64,000 nt of DNA from Octopus sinensis (GCF_006345805.1 NC_042998.1:112468001-112532000); one strand, 5' to 3'. Positions 12,029 through 24,649 are shown, counted from the first letter of the stretch. The notes: generated by a model not told the origin, from the letters alone. Made by a program: numbers and translations.

Positions 12029-12089
<61 letters not shown>

Positions 12090-12102
12090 GAAGGGTGAAA
12101 TT

Positions 12103-12202
12103 NNNNNNNNNNNNNNNNNNNNNNNNNNNNNNNNNNNNNNNNNNNNNNNNNNNNNNNNNNNNNNNNNNNNNNNNNNNNNNNNNNNNNNNNNNNNNNNNNN
12201 NN
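12103..12202. other. assembly gap (100 N)
   Basis: Run of N. Confidence 1.
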
Positions 12203-12835
12203 GCACTCAATCCCAGAATCGCAGGTAGTGAAAACTTGGGATCAGTAAATGTGCAATGACGCATCATTGTATATGCACATTACCATGATGCAGTCAACTT
12301 CACAGACAACTGGCAGGATGGATACTGAGGTCCTTCAAGACAAGAGACCAAGAAACTATATTGACCCTGTTGTGAACCTTTGTTCTTAGCCACCTGGACT
12401 ACTGCTCCCAGTTATGGTCACCATAGAGCACCAAACTAACAGTGCTGCGGATGAGCTACATGGATAGGTTGAGGAAATTTCAACTTTACTCCCTAAAGCG
12501 AAGGCTTGTGAGATATGCAGTAATCTACATACAGAAAACTGTAGAAGGGCTTGTACCTAATTTCGGCACGGAGTGTTATACAAATGCCATAACTGGCCGC
12601 CATTATATTGTACCAAAAGTACCAGCCACTCCATCTAAATTCAGGACCAAGTACTGCAAAATCTAGGGTTCAAAGGCCCACAGCTCTTCAATGCCCTGCC
12701 ACAAAAATTTTAAAATCTGCATAAGTAGAAGATGCCTTCATAAAAGAACTACACATCTTCCTCTCTACAATATAGGATGAATCAACAGCCTGTCATGAGG
12801 TGCCGACGAGGGCAGAGGAATCACACCCCCTTATA
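12203..12835 (+). mobile_element. CR1-like LINE, C-terminal RT region, degenerate
   Basis: LAGWILRSFKTRDQET..FVLSHLDYCSQLWSP..MSYMDRLRKFQLYSLKRR..RYAVIY with stops and frameshifts. Confidence 0.85.
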
Positions 12836-12896
12836 TATCAAATGGGCCAACGCGCGGGCGCGAACATACAACATACACACATACGATGTATATGTA

Positions 12897-13018
12897 CAGA
12901 AGAAAGAAAGAAAGAAAGAAAGGAAGACCCCCCCCAAAGAAAGAAAAGAAAGAAGAAAAGAAAGAGAAAGGAAAGAAAGAAAGAAAGAAAGAAAGAAAGA
13001 AGAAAGAAAGAAGAAGAA

Positions 13019-13073
<55 letters not shown>

Positions 13074-13090
13074 GAAGAAAGAAAGAAAAT
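12897..13090. repeat. (GAAA)n polypurine tract
   Basis: Directly visible. Confidence 0.95.
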
Positions 13091-13599
13091 ACGAAGAAAT
13101 ACGACACTGTTATAATGCAGGATAATGCGCAAAGCTGGTCATTTTACTCTGAATAAGAAAAATGACAATAACGAAATAGTTTCACCATGATATTGAATGT
13201 CGCTTGTCAAAATAAATAATCTACTGTTAACATCCTTGAACGTGACAATATGTTGAAATAGTAATGACTTCATCACTTAACAATCACAACAATACGTTAA
13301 TCATTTATTGAAAAAAAAATTATATTTTTCTCTTAAAAAATTTCGTTTATTAAATACTGAAATAGCCTCAAAGCTATATACAGAAATAGCCTCAAAGTCC
13401 TATATAAGACAAAGTAACTGGTTGGCTGTGACCCCTGTCCATGATGCATTAAAGATCCACTTGTCAAAAGATATTGTCGCAAAAGCTGGCAGAAGATTTC
13501 TATGGTGATTGAAAGGAGTGTTTAAAACACGATAACAGAGCAAATGTAACATTTTAGTTCTATCGGGGAACATGAAGTTGTTCAATCAAATGAAGTACA

Positions 13600-13780
13600 T
13601 CATTCGTCTTTTGTCTTTCACTTGTCTCAGTCATTGGACTGCAGTCTTGTTGGAAGATCGCCTCGAAGGGTTTTAGCCGAAAAAAATAAACCCCCGAAAG
13701 CAAAATTATTCTATCGCTTTCTTGTTGCCGACACCGGTTGTCGAGCGGCGGTGGAGAACCAGCACAAACACACACACATA
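13600..13780 (-). mobile_element. SINE family B 3' part, degenerate
   Basis: CACTTGTCTCAGTCATTGGACTGCAG..GGTTTTAGCCGAA..GGTTGTCGAGCG. Confidence 0.6.
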
Positions 13781-13872
13781 GATATAGCTTAGCTGGCCGA
13801 TGGCTTTTATGACTTTCATGACCGAAACTTCGACGTCACTGTCAAAAGCATTCTTGTTTACGAATAATATAG

Positions 13873-13955
<83 letters not shown>

Positions 13956-14089
13956 TAGATAGATAGATAGACAGAGAGACAGATAGATAGATAGATAGAT
14001 AGCTAGATAGATAGATAGATAGACATGGATATGTATGTGTGTGTGTGTGGTGTGTGTGTGTGTGTGCGTGTGTGTATGTGCGCGTGCGT

Positions 14090-14350
14090 GTGAAGGCGCG
14101 TGGCCTAGCGGTTTGAGTATTCGGCTCCCGATCAATTCTTGGCGACGCGTTGCGTCTTTGAGCAAGACACTTTATTTCACTGGCAAAAATGAGTAGTACC
14201 TGTACTTCACCTGTGTCCCGCTGAATTTCTCTGAGAACTACGTTAAGGGTACGCGTGTCTGTGAAGTATTCGACCACTTGCACGTTAATTTCACAGGCAG
14301 GCAGTTCGGTATGAGATGGAACCCACGTCGTCGTAACTGACGGAGTGCCA
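14090..14350 (+). mobile_element. SINE family C/D
   Basis: GGCGCGTGGCCTAGCGG head; CTTTGAGCAAGACACTTTATTTCAC; tail GTCGTCGTAACTGACGGAGTGCCA. Confidence 0.8.
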
Positions 14351-14363
14351 TACATACGTGATT

Positions 14364-14436
<73 letters not shown>

Positions 14437-14504
14437 GTCTGTGTGTGTCTGTATCTGTTTCTGTCTCTGTATCTGTGTGGTGTGTGTGTGTGTACATATG
14501 ATTT

Positions 14505-14640
14505 CCGTCCGTCAAATCCACTCACAAGGCTTTCGTTGATTCGTGGCTATAGCGGAAGACACTTGCCCAAGCTGCCACACCATAGTATTGAACCTGGAAC
14601 CATGTGGTTGGGAAGCAATCATCTTACCACACAGACACTT
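14505..14640 (-). mobile_element. SINE family B 5' part
   Basis: AAATCCACTCACAAGGCTTT..GAAGACACTTGCCCAAG..GAACCATGTGGTTGGGAAGC. Confidence 0.8.
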
Positions 14641-15042
14641 GTACTTGGCTTTCTCAAGTTGAGTCAATGTTACACTATACAACAATGTCGGACCTTTGAA
14701 TTACAAATGCAATCCATCCGACGACTTCTACACAGTTTCCTCTTATACAATTTCAATCACAAGCCTTAGTGACGCGAGGTTCTGATAAAAAAATATACTT
14801 GCTCAAGATCCCAGGCAGTAGTATTAAACCAGGAATTTCAAGATTACGAAGCGAATTTATTAATTCGGTCAGAGCTGAAGAACGGGAACAGACACAAAAT
14901 ACCTAAAGAATTTAATATCTCATACATTCACTAACTGGTGATTTAGTGACTTACAGGAGGAATGATTCGCTGTAATACATGCACACTTTACACCACACAC
15001 ATACACAGACATGTATGGTGTGTGTGTGTGCATATATATATA

Positions 15043-15255
15043 AGGCGAGCTGGAAGAAACGTTAGCACGCCGGGCGAAATGCGTAGTCGTATTTCGTCTG
15101 GGTTCAAATTCCGCCGAGGTCGACTTTGCCTTTCATCCTTTCGGGGGTCGATAAATTAAGTACCAGTTACGCACTGGGGTTGATGTAATCGACTTAATCC
15201 ATTTGTCTGTCCTTGTTGTCCCCTCTATGCTTAGCCCCTTGTGGTAATAAAGAAA
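15043..15255 (+). mobile_element. SINE family A, near full length
   Basis: AAGGCGAGCTGGAAGAAACGTTAGCACGCCGGGCGAAATGCG..GGTTCAAATTCCGCCGAGGTCGAC..TTAGCCCCTTGTGG. Confidence 0.9.
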
Positions 15256-15288
15256 TTATATATATATATATAATACACACACATACAA

Positions 15289-15358
<70 letters not shown>

Positions 15359-16909
15359 CGCTCTACTATATTAAATATAGATTTATCAATGTTTAACGGC
15401 ACCTCATTCATGTAGATATTATGAGCAACAACAACAATGAAAAACACAATAACAATACTAGAAGAGGGGACAACAAGAGAATGTAAACAGAGAACAATAG
15501 TTTCTGCAGACGTTCCCTATCCTGGACCTCAATATGTCGGAGTAAGGGAACTTTAATAGTTCACCTCCCATTTCACTCTGACATTTCAGTGGGGAGGCGA
15601 GACGTGAAAGGGCTACAAATTCAGCCGCCTGGTCATCAAGACGCGGAAAATAGGTGGTCCTGAGCGGGAATAACAACCACAGATGCAGCCTGTCCTGACA
15701 CAGCTCTCCGAGTTATCCAAAAGAACAATGACAGTACAGGAGAAATTAGCCGAGCTGGATTCTATGAAAAAGGAAAGTACTGGAAGAGGTCATCTAGATA
15801 TTCCTCCATAGAATAGGGAATGGCCAGCTGCAGACACAAGCAATGACAACTGCCTACAAATCATATATCTATTATGCATGTTCGCAGCGATGTATATACG
15901 TAGATGTATGTATGTATGTATGTATGTATGTATGTACGTACGTACGTATGTATGTATGTACGTACGTATGTACGTATGTACGTATGTACGTATGTATGTA
16001 TGTATGTATGTATACATTTAAATATACTGAAGCTTCTTTTTTACTTTGAAGAATTCAAGCCAGTCAATAACAAAATGACAAAGGTCTATTGTTTAAGTCA
16101 AGACAGCTGTGGGGCCTTATACTCTACAATAACTATGGCAAGTCAAGGAGTTGAATGCACAAACGCACCTAGGCTCAGCTCACGGGATTCAGTTGTTGTT
16201 GATGTATTGGTATGTCCTGAGATTGTAGCACCTTCAGAAATTCCGAGGCGGCGTCGTTGTGCATATAACAGACTTAGATTAAACGACGGTTTGAACGATA
16301 GTTATTCATGTTATCCAATCAATTGAACTATCTACTTATCTTCTTATGTTCTGAATAGTCGAGCATTCCATCGGCACGTATTCTAGTATATTATTAATGT
16401 AATACTTGGGGTATAATAAGCATGACAATTTTTACCTGCAAGTCTCAGCTTCAGTTCAACTTTTATTACAGTGCAAGCAGTTAATTATGCCACGGGCGCT
16501 TGTGCCTAAACTGTAACCTTCAGCTAGAATCAGCGTGATAGAATGACAGAACTGTACCTTTATGCTAAAATTACAGTCCATCCAATAAGTCTACACAGTT
16601 TCCACCAACCTAATTTCACTTATAAGTCCTGTGTCCACTCCATGTAATGCCAAACAGTGGGATTAAACTCTGAATTTCATAAGTGTTAAGCGAACTTTTT
16701 AACGATTTAACCATGCCTTCAGCTTTCAGACTTGTGTTTATTATATAACGAACGATCACGAACATACACAAAGTTATTTGAGCTGAGACTCACTACATAC
16801 ACACACATATATCTATATATATACTTACACATACAATTCACACACACACACACGTATATATATATATATATATGCTCACACATTACATACACTCACACAC
16901 ACACGTATA

Positions 16910-16980
<71 letters not shown>

Positions 16981-17376
16981 TCACATATACAATTCACATA
17001 CTCACACACAACACACGCACACTCACACAGCGTGGGTATGCGTATATGCGTACGTTTATGTGAAGATGGTCTTTTTAAGCTGTAAGAGCCTTGTCAATTA
17101 GTGACCAGCGGGGTTTGAATTCGGATCATAAAAGGACGTAAGTGAATGCTACAAGATATTTAATCTAATGTTGTATTGTTTCTGACACTCCGCCACTATT
17201 TCAGTCCACATATAATGTAATTCGTAGGAAAGATAACGCAATAAATGTACCTATATACTGACAGTGATGTGAATTATTTTCAAAGAGGCAACGACAAGAA
17301 ATACTAGTAGAATAAAGAATATTATTGCAACATTCGGATAAACGAATCTGTTCAATGGATCTGAGATTATTCTCAG

Positions 17377-17510
17377 AGACAGGAAATAAATGACATTCAA
17401 TGTGTTGAGATTAGATACCTAACAAAAGGAAATAACTTGTCTCAAGCTGCAAAGGTGGAGAACATCTACATGGAATTAAAAAGGGAAATGCATCGAATTA
17501 TACTGAGTAT
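17377..17510 (+). mobile_element. possible ancient hAT-Charlie transposase remnant
   Basis: QCVEIRYLTKGNNLSQ..ELKREM loosely resembles the Charlie-type EVRWLSRG.VL.R..ELR motif. Confidence 0.3.
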
Positions 17511-18048
17511 AAATCTTCCTCTCTCTCTCTTTCTATATCTAAAAATTTATGTCCACTAATGAAAACAGGATAGGTTGGACAAGACTTTACTTCAATGTAG
17601 TCTAGTAAGACCACAACATTAAAAATTAAATTTTCCGTAAAATTAAGCCTGAATGTCTTAAAATTATCTCCCTTGCTCTTACAGAGCTGCTAAAAATTGA
17701 ACTAAATTTTTGTTTCCATTCTCTTATAATTGGCAAATTTCAATTCATTAAGTTTTCTTTCTTTTTTTTTTCTTTGCATGCTTCATTCAGCACATAACTA
17801 CCTATCTGAATCCATGTATAGTGTTCTGGAAATAAGTAATCGTTGGTATTTACAATCAAAAGTACTTCAAGATATTTGACTAGATAAACACATACACATA
17901 ACGCACCCACTGTAGTGAGCATAACATTTAGATTACATTAGTAGAAAGAAGAAAATAAACATCATATTAATAGCAATCTATGTAACATAGATAATGCAGA
18001 TACATAGTGCAAAGTCAAATTAACTGTGATATTCGTTCAGAGATAATA

Positions 18049-18300
18049 TCTATATATATAAAACTGAGAATGTGTGTCTGTCTGTCTGTCCGTGTGTCTG
18101 TATGAATCCCTAAACCTAGAGAACTACACAACTAATTTCATTCAAATTTTACACATGCCTTACTTAGGGTCCATGTAGTGTCATGGGCAAAAAAAGTTTA
18201 CCTTCTTGCCTAGGGCGAGCCCACAGCAATATCACATCTTCTCCACTATTTCAGTATTACGTGCTAAAAGTGAAACAAAAGCATCTCTCTATTGTATGTA
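18049..18300 (+). mobile_element. non-autonomous Helitron 5' portion
   Basis: Starts after A with TCTATATATATAAAACTGAGAATGTGTGTCTGTCTG; close homolog at 24420-24640. Confidence 0.7.
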
Positions 18301-18304
18301 TATG

Positions 18305-18360
<56 letters not shown>

Positions 18361-18361
18361 T

Positions 18362-18421
<60 letters not shown>

Positions 18422-18486
18422 ATATATAGATGTATATGTATACATATATATACATATATATACATATATATATATACATACATATA

Positions 18487-18696
18487 CGTGATCTCTTGAG
18501 CACCACCAGCAAAAAAATTTTTCTCCTCTATCTTCCCTTCTCGGGATCTTTCCTTCTCCTTTGTTTCCGACGAAGAGCTCCGCTCGAAACGTTAAACCCT
18601 CCTTCCCTTCTTTCCTGAGCGTCAAATAATACTTTAATTGTTCCACGTCCTCGCGTTGGTGTTTTTTTTTTTCTGTGTTTTCTTGTTTGGATTAAC
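18487..18696 (+). mobile_element. 210-bp hammerhead-bearing unit embedded in (TA)n
   Basis: CGTGATC..GGATTAAC; nearly identical to 49029-49238 with the same ends. Confidence 0.8.
18563..18597 (+). ncRNA. minimal type I hammerhead-like motif (U4C variant)
   Basis: Stem I GTTT/AAAC, core CCGACGA, extra A, stem II GAGC-TCC-GCTC, GAAA, palindromic stem III AACGTT, triplet GTT. Confidence 0.65.
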
Positions 18697-18766
18697 TATA
18701 TATACATACATACTTATATATATATATATATATATAATATATATATATATAAATACATATATATAC

Positions 18767-18797
<31 letters not shown>

Positions 18798-18854
18798 GAT
18801 TTCATGGACAGGAACTGAAACAAATCAATCGTATATATAGGTATGTATATATGT

Positions 18855-19300
18855 AAGTGTATGTGTTTTGGTATTGGCAACACGAATGACAATGGTCAGA
18901 GACTACTTGAATGTTGCACATACCATAACCTGTGCATCACCAACACACTCTTTGCCAACAAGACATCCCACAAGGCATCTTGGAGACATCCAAGATCTCA
19001 CCACTGGCATCAGCTGGATCTCATCATTACTCGAAGATCCTTTCTGAATTCTGTTCAACTGACCCGTAGTTACCATAGCATGGATTGTGACACAGATTAT
19101 TCACTAATAAGAAGCGGGGTGAGGATTCTGCCTAAAAAAGTCCATCAGTCCAAGAAAATGGGCCGACCACGCATTAACACTGGCAGAACCACGGACCCTA
19201 CACTGCGACAATGTTTTGCTGTTTCTATCAAGGTTGCCCTAAGTAGCTGCCCAACCTCCTCTGCTGAAAGTAGGTAGAATTATATGAGGGAAGCTTTGTA
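18855..19300 (+). mobile_element. RTE-like LINE AP-endonuclease fragment
   Basis: GIGNTNDNGQRLLECCTYHNLCITNT..SWRHPRSHHWHQLDLIITRR..DCDTDYSLI. Confidence 0.9.
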
Positions 19301-19302
19301 TA

Positions 19303-19574
19303 CCATTAGGTTGACTGTCCAAGGCTACGACACCACAGTCAGACGCTATGGCGACCAGAGCTCACACTGGGCGCCATTGGGCTGACAGTCCAAGGCTACA
19401 ACACCACAGTCAGACGCTATGGCGACCAGAGCTCACTCTGGCCGCCATTGGGCTGACTGTCCAAGGCTACGACACCACAGTCAGACGCTATGGCGACAAG
19501 AGCTCGCTCTGGCGCCATTGGGCTGACTGTCCAAGGCTACGACACCACAGTCAGACGCTATGGCGACCAGAGCT
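19303..19574. repeat. GC-rich minisatellite, 70-71-bp unit, about 3.8 copies
   Basis: Units start at 19303, 19374, 19445, 19515: CCATTGGGCTGACTGTCCAAGGCTACGACACCACAGTCAGACGCTATGGCGACCAGAGCTC.. Confidence 0.95.
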
Positions 19575-20393
19575 TACTTCAAATCATACAACAGTTCATC
19601 GTCATCTTCAACAACGTGGAAAGATTCCTAAACTTGGAAAATAGGTATCTCATGTATTGTCCGAAAGCAACCGCAAATCCCGAGTTGACATCTGCTCTTC
19701 TCTCCATTCTCGCAAACTCATTTCACCCTTTTTCGATAGACTTGTGACGAAAAATGTATTTTCTATCGAAATGTTAAACGTCGTAAACAGTGGCTTGGTG
19801 AAATGGAAAATGCTCAACCACAACCGAGAAGAGAACTTCATGGGAAAAAGGTTCTTCTCTCTATCTGGTGCGATTGCAAAGGCGTAATTCACTTTATATT
19901 GTTACCACCTAATGCAACAATCAATGCTCAAATCTGCTGTCAGCAATTAGAGCGTTTGAACTAAGCTTTGAAGGAAAAAAGAGCCGCTTTAGTGAGTCGA
20001 AAATGAGTGATGTTTCATCAGGACAATGCGCAACCCCATACTGCAAAGATCACATCACAGAAGATCGAAGAGGTCGGTTTGGAAAAATTTCTTCATCCAA
20101 CTTATTCTCCCAACTTTACTCCTTCAGGATACGATTTGTTTCATAGTTTACAGAATTATTAGGGGGACACAACTTTCGCAAGCCAGGAGGAGGTCGAACC
20201 TGACATTTCAGAGTTCTTCGCTTTGAAACCAAAAGAGTTTTACACTGATGGCATTAAAAAGCTTGTAAATAGATGGAAGTAAGTCATAGATAATCAGGGA
20301 AAGTACATCGATGATTAACTTTCAATTAAATATAACATTTGACCACCTGTATTTTTTATCCAAAATTCGGACAGAACTTATGGGATGACTTGA
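19575..20393 (+). mobile_element. mariner transposon, 5'-truncated and degenerate
   Basis: HTTVHRHL..DRLVT/DEK..KKVLLSIWCDCKGVI..FHQDNAQPH..HPTYSPNFTPSGYDLF..RWK*VIDNQGKYIDD*; 3' TIR-like end. Confidence 0.9.
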
Positions 20394-20671
20394 GATATAT
20401 ACACTGGCGAAAATATATTTAAGACCGACGATAAAAGTTCTATTCCTTACAAAATATTTTGTTACTAACACCATAAAAATTATTTTTATCTTTTACACCT
20501 TATGCAACATTTATTTCTCTTTCGAATGATGCAGACAATAACTATTTTTATACAACTTGAAGAATTCTAAGACCATGTAATATGTATGCAAAAATTATTT
20601 CTCTTTCGAATGATGCAAACAATTTTATACAACTTGAAGAATTCTAATGCTAAATTAATATATATTTCTTT

Positions 20672-20830
20672 ACTGACCACAAGGGGCTAAACATAGAGGT
20701 GATAAACAAGGACAGACAAACGGATTAAGTCGATTACATCGACCCCAGTGCGTATCTGGTACTTAATTTATCGACCCCGAAAGGATGAAAGGCAAAGTCG
20801 ACCTCGGCGGAATTTGAACTCAGAACGTAA
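20672..20830 (-). mobile_element. SINE family A (5'-truncated)
   Basis: Near-consensus body and tail. Confidence 0.9.
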
Positions 20831-21158
20831 TATAAACGTTTCAAATTTACCGGCAAAATTAGTTTAAGACCATGTAATATGTATGCAATTTTTTTGGCCA
20901 AAATGGGTGGTCACACAACGAGTCTAAATGCACCTTATAAAGTTATAATTTAATGTTATTATACAAGTTGTTAATAATGGAAAAACAACGTAGCCTTAGT
21001 CCAGTCACGAGAGCAAAAATCGTATATTACAGCAAAAATTTCGGATATTTGTCTTAAAACATTCAAACAAGAAAATTCAGATGTAGCACATGATGTCTTA
21101 TTCCATATGAATATCCACATATTTATATTAAGAGTTTCATGATAAAAATATAGAAATA

Positions 21159-21697
21159 TTGGGTTGTCCGGAAAGTTCGTGCCGATTTATAGTAGCTTAA
21201 CTTTCGACTTATTTTAGAACATGTTTGAGTCCATAAGATAGGATTTGAACCTCCATTTAGAGCACAGTTTAAACTATCTTTTCGTGGAAGAAGGTTTATG
21301 TTCCTATAACCTGTGTTAATTCTGTAACCTTTTAAAATAAAAGATGAGAAAGTTCATTTTCGGCACTTGATGCTTTGGGAACCAGACAAAAATTGCTGCA
21401 GCTCGGCTGGGATGTGTTACCCCAACCCTCCTTATTTCCCAAATATTACTCCTTCGGATTTCCACTTATTCAGGTCTCTGCAAAAAAGTCTTAATGGTGA
21501 AAATTTCAATTCCTTAGATGACGTAAAAAGATACCTTGATGAATTCTTTGCCTTCAAACCACCCCAATTCTGGGAAGAGGGTATTTTCAAGGTAAAGGAA
21601 AGATGGAGACGTATTGTGCAACGAAATGGTTCAGATTTGGTTTATTAAAAATGTAATGGCAAGTATTTAGTGACCTTTTACTTTCCGGACAACCCAA
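21159..21697 (+). mobile_element. internally deleted mariner with both TIRs and TA TSD
   Basis: TA-TTGGGTTGTCCGGAAAGT..ACTTTCCGGACAACCCAA-TA; transposase N-terminus (HFRHLMLW) joined to C-terminus (PPYFPNITPSDFHLFRSLQ..ERWRRIV). Confidence 0.93.
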
Positions 21698-21787
21698 TAT
21701 AAACATAGCAATGAAATACGAATATAAACAAGAAAAATAAAAACCTAAATTGAAAGAGGCGATTAAAATTTTTTTCCTAACCTGCAG

Positions 21788-21892
21788 CCGTTCCAAAAAA
21801 GTGGTTGTACGAAGTATTCGAAATTCAGCCCTCCTTCGTCAGGGTTCTTTTCTCGAGGTAAAATCCAACAGAAAGCAGTAAGGCACTACATG
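21788..21892 (+). CDS. candidate internal exon, frame ambiguous
   Basis: Acceptor TTTTTTCCTAACCTGCAG; donors ATG/GTGAGT (21892) or GAG/GTAAAA (21857); no protein family recognised. Confidence 0.25.
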
Positions 21893-22395
21893 GTGAGTAT
21901 TCAGTTGGTGAAAGTTCAGTTTTTGAGTATCGGTGAATAAGTGACAGCATTATATCAGGTCCTGAAGTTTTTCAAGAAGATTACCACGTTTAAATAAGAA
22001 ATGAAAATCATTGAAAGGTTAACTTTAGTTAATCATGCAAATAAAAGCCAATGGGAATATTCCATCTGTATTGATATATACTACTATAAAAAATAATTTA
22101 AGATTACAGGTTTGTTCATAAGTTTTCATTGGATCTAATGATCTAATTGAATCGTATTTTCAAAAAGCTATAAAAATTTATATTCTAAAATATTAAATTT
22201 TAAAGTTTAAGAAAATTATAAGACGCTAAATATTTATGCTTACAACATACTAAAATGTCTGTAATTTTATTTAATAAGTTGAGTTATTGAAGTTGAGTTG
22301 TATTTGTGAGTAGAATTTATTGTTGATTACTGCTGTTGTTAAAACCGTTGTTATACCGTTAATTTTTGTGTTGTTAAACTTTCCCGTTGAGGAAA

Positions 22396-24102
22396 ATGGA
22401 GAAGGCGCCAGAGGGCGGCCACAGCTATGCAGCCGCAACTGGAAGAGGAGCAGCGAACGAAGCATCAGAGACCTTTGAAATAAAGGTAGAGCCCAGGAAG
22501 ATGAAGGCTAGTGAGAAGCTGCTGAAAAGGGAAGACGGAAATATAAGGTTGACGCCACCAGAGGAACTAATGAACAACGTTAGGAAGAAGACGGTGACCT
22601 ACAAGACCATGGAGGTTGCCACAGGGAGAATCGAGATAGCAACTGTGGAGGAGATTGAGAAGGTGCTGGAAAATATGAAAGACGTAATAACATTCCGAGC
22701 AAGAGGCAGAAAATATGCCACTGTGGATGTGCGTTTCACATAGGAAGAGGAAGCGGTGAGGCATGCGACGGAGGCAATCCGCTCAGAAGAGTGGATTCTT
22801 CTGCCATCCTATTGCGGCAAACATGTAGTGAGAGTTCGGGTAGGCCAAGTGGCCCTGAGTTGGAGGAAGCATGGCTAATGACGGCCATTATGTACAACAT
22901 GGAAGACGAGGCCAGAATACTGAAGGCCACCAGAACGAACATGTTGGCCTACTAGGGCTATGGGTTGGAGCTAACAATCTAGGCAACAGTGGAAGACCTG
23001 AATAGAATAACAGAGGAGATAGTGTTACCTGACGGTTTTGCACTAAGAATGAAGGTGGAGGGAAGACCGCCTGTGTGTTACAAATGTGGCGAAAAAGGAC
23101 ACATGAAGGTGAGATGCCAACGAAAAGAACAGAGAGAGACTACAGAAAAGGTCGAACAGGCAGTAACAGCGGTAGAATTCACACTAGTGGAAAGAAAAAG
23201 GAGGAGCGGTAGGGTAAGGCCACCACCGACTAATCAGAAAAAGGAGAAAGAAGAAATGGAAAAGAAAGAGGTAACGAGAAAAAAAGATGATAAAAGTGAG
23301 ACGGAAAAGGAAAGGGAAAAAATAATTGAGAAGATGTGTGAAAAAGAGTCAGAGAAGGAGGAAACAAATATGAAGATGATAGGTAAATTGACGGAAGACT
23401 CAGGAATTCAACTACAAGAGGACGAAACGGAGAAACTGGTTACAGTAGAGACGGAGAAAGAAGGTCCTAGACTCAGAGAAAAGTATAGAGGAATCTATAA
23501 TAGGAAGGGTAGTGGAGGAAGGAAAGAGAAAGCCGAGAGGAGGGAGTTACAAATGGAATTTCGTGACCTATTCCAAGAACGAGGAGGTGGAGAAAAAAAT
23601 CGTAAAGTTCAAGCACATTATAAGGGTAAAGTTACCAAACGACGTGTACCCAGAGAGTGTGAAGGCCATTGTGGTCGATAGGGAAACCTATAAGAAACTG
23701 AGAGACATGTGCGGAAGTAAAATTGACCCAGCCGGAGCACTGGTGGAGTTCAATGAGCTACCAACAGTAATCGACCTGTTAGAACTGGAGCCTCACATGA
23801 GGCGTTAAAGAGGAAAAAAAGTAAAATTAATGGTTATTATTAAATAAAAAGAAGGAAAAAAGAAAGGAAAAGGTTTTGGAAAAAAACGATAATTAAGGAA
23901 AGAAAAAACAATAGATAGTGACTCTGTGTACAAATGTTCAAATTGTACTGCATGAGGAGTGGGGCCCATGCAGCCAATCATCTTTCATTATTATATAATA
24001 TTCATACTTATTCGTTTTGTGTTTTTTGTCCCCACTGTGGTGTTGTGTCTGTCATTGTAGTCTCCCCTCTGTATTAGTGGCCTGAGTGCCTAATAAAGAA
24101 AA
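22396..24102 (+). mobile_element. Tx1/L1-like ORF1-only retroelement with zinc knuckle
   Basis: ORF1 22396-23808 with stops and a frameshift: N-terminal SYAAA, CYKCGEKGHMKVRC (CCHC), E/K-rich C-terminal half; followed by about 290 bp ending AATAAAGAAAA; no ORF2. Confidence 0.7.
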
Positions 24103-24371
24103 TGTCTTTATTTCTATTACTAGCGTATAGTATGCTACTCGATTCCTTGATGCAAAGCCTAAACGATTTAGTATATGTGTTCTATGGTGTTGATTCAGTA
24201 ATTATCGATCATCCTCAATTATGCTCAATGTTAGAATGTATGAGGTGGTTATTGTATGATGCTAATATCGTGGAATTTTTTATATAGGGGTGAATAAATG
24301 AATTTTTGTGTCCCCTATATCTATATTTAAAATGAGTAGTACTCCCTATATAAATTTTCCTATATAAATTT

Positions 24372-24372
<1 letters not shown>

Positions 24373-24428
<56 letters not shown>

Positions 24429-24649
24429 CAAAACTGAGAATGTGTGTCTGTCTGTTTCCCTAAAACTTGAGAACTACACAACCAATTTCATTCAAATTTT
24501 ATACATCCCTTACTTAGGGTCCATGTAGTGTCATGGGCAAACAAATGTTTACCTTCTTGCCTAGGGCAAGCCCACAACAATATCATATCTTCACTATTTC
24601 AGTCTTACGTGTTAAAAGTGAAACAAAAACATTCTATTGTATGTATATG

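Noticed and set aside
15480-15860. GC-richer segment next to a (TATG)n array with protein-like stretches
   Set aside because: Every frame has stops or lacks a recognisable motif; it cannot be assigned without a search
16130-16290. Minus-strand open stretch LLYAQRRRLGISEG..RELSL with a CTAG/GTGCGT donor
   Set aside because: The acceptor is weak (AAG, poor pyrimidine tract) and there is no homology evidence
18640-18665. ACG-TCCTCG-CGT resembling the HDV-like ribozyme P3/L3
   Set aside because: The sequence needed for P1 differs between copies and no P1/P2 pairing was found
19303-19574. CRISPR-like appearance of palindromic repeats
   Set aside because: The units are contiguous with no unique spacers, there are no cas genes, and the context is eukaryotic
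20505-20890. Local ~80-bp tandem duplication and a 24-bp repeat around a SINE A
   Set aside because: Consistent with ordinary local duplication; no functional signature
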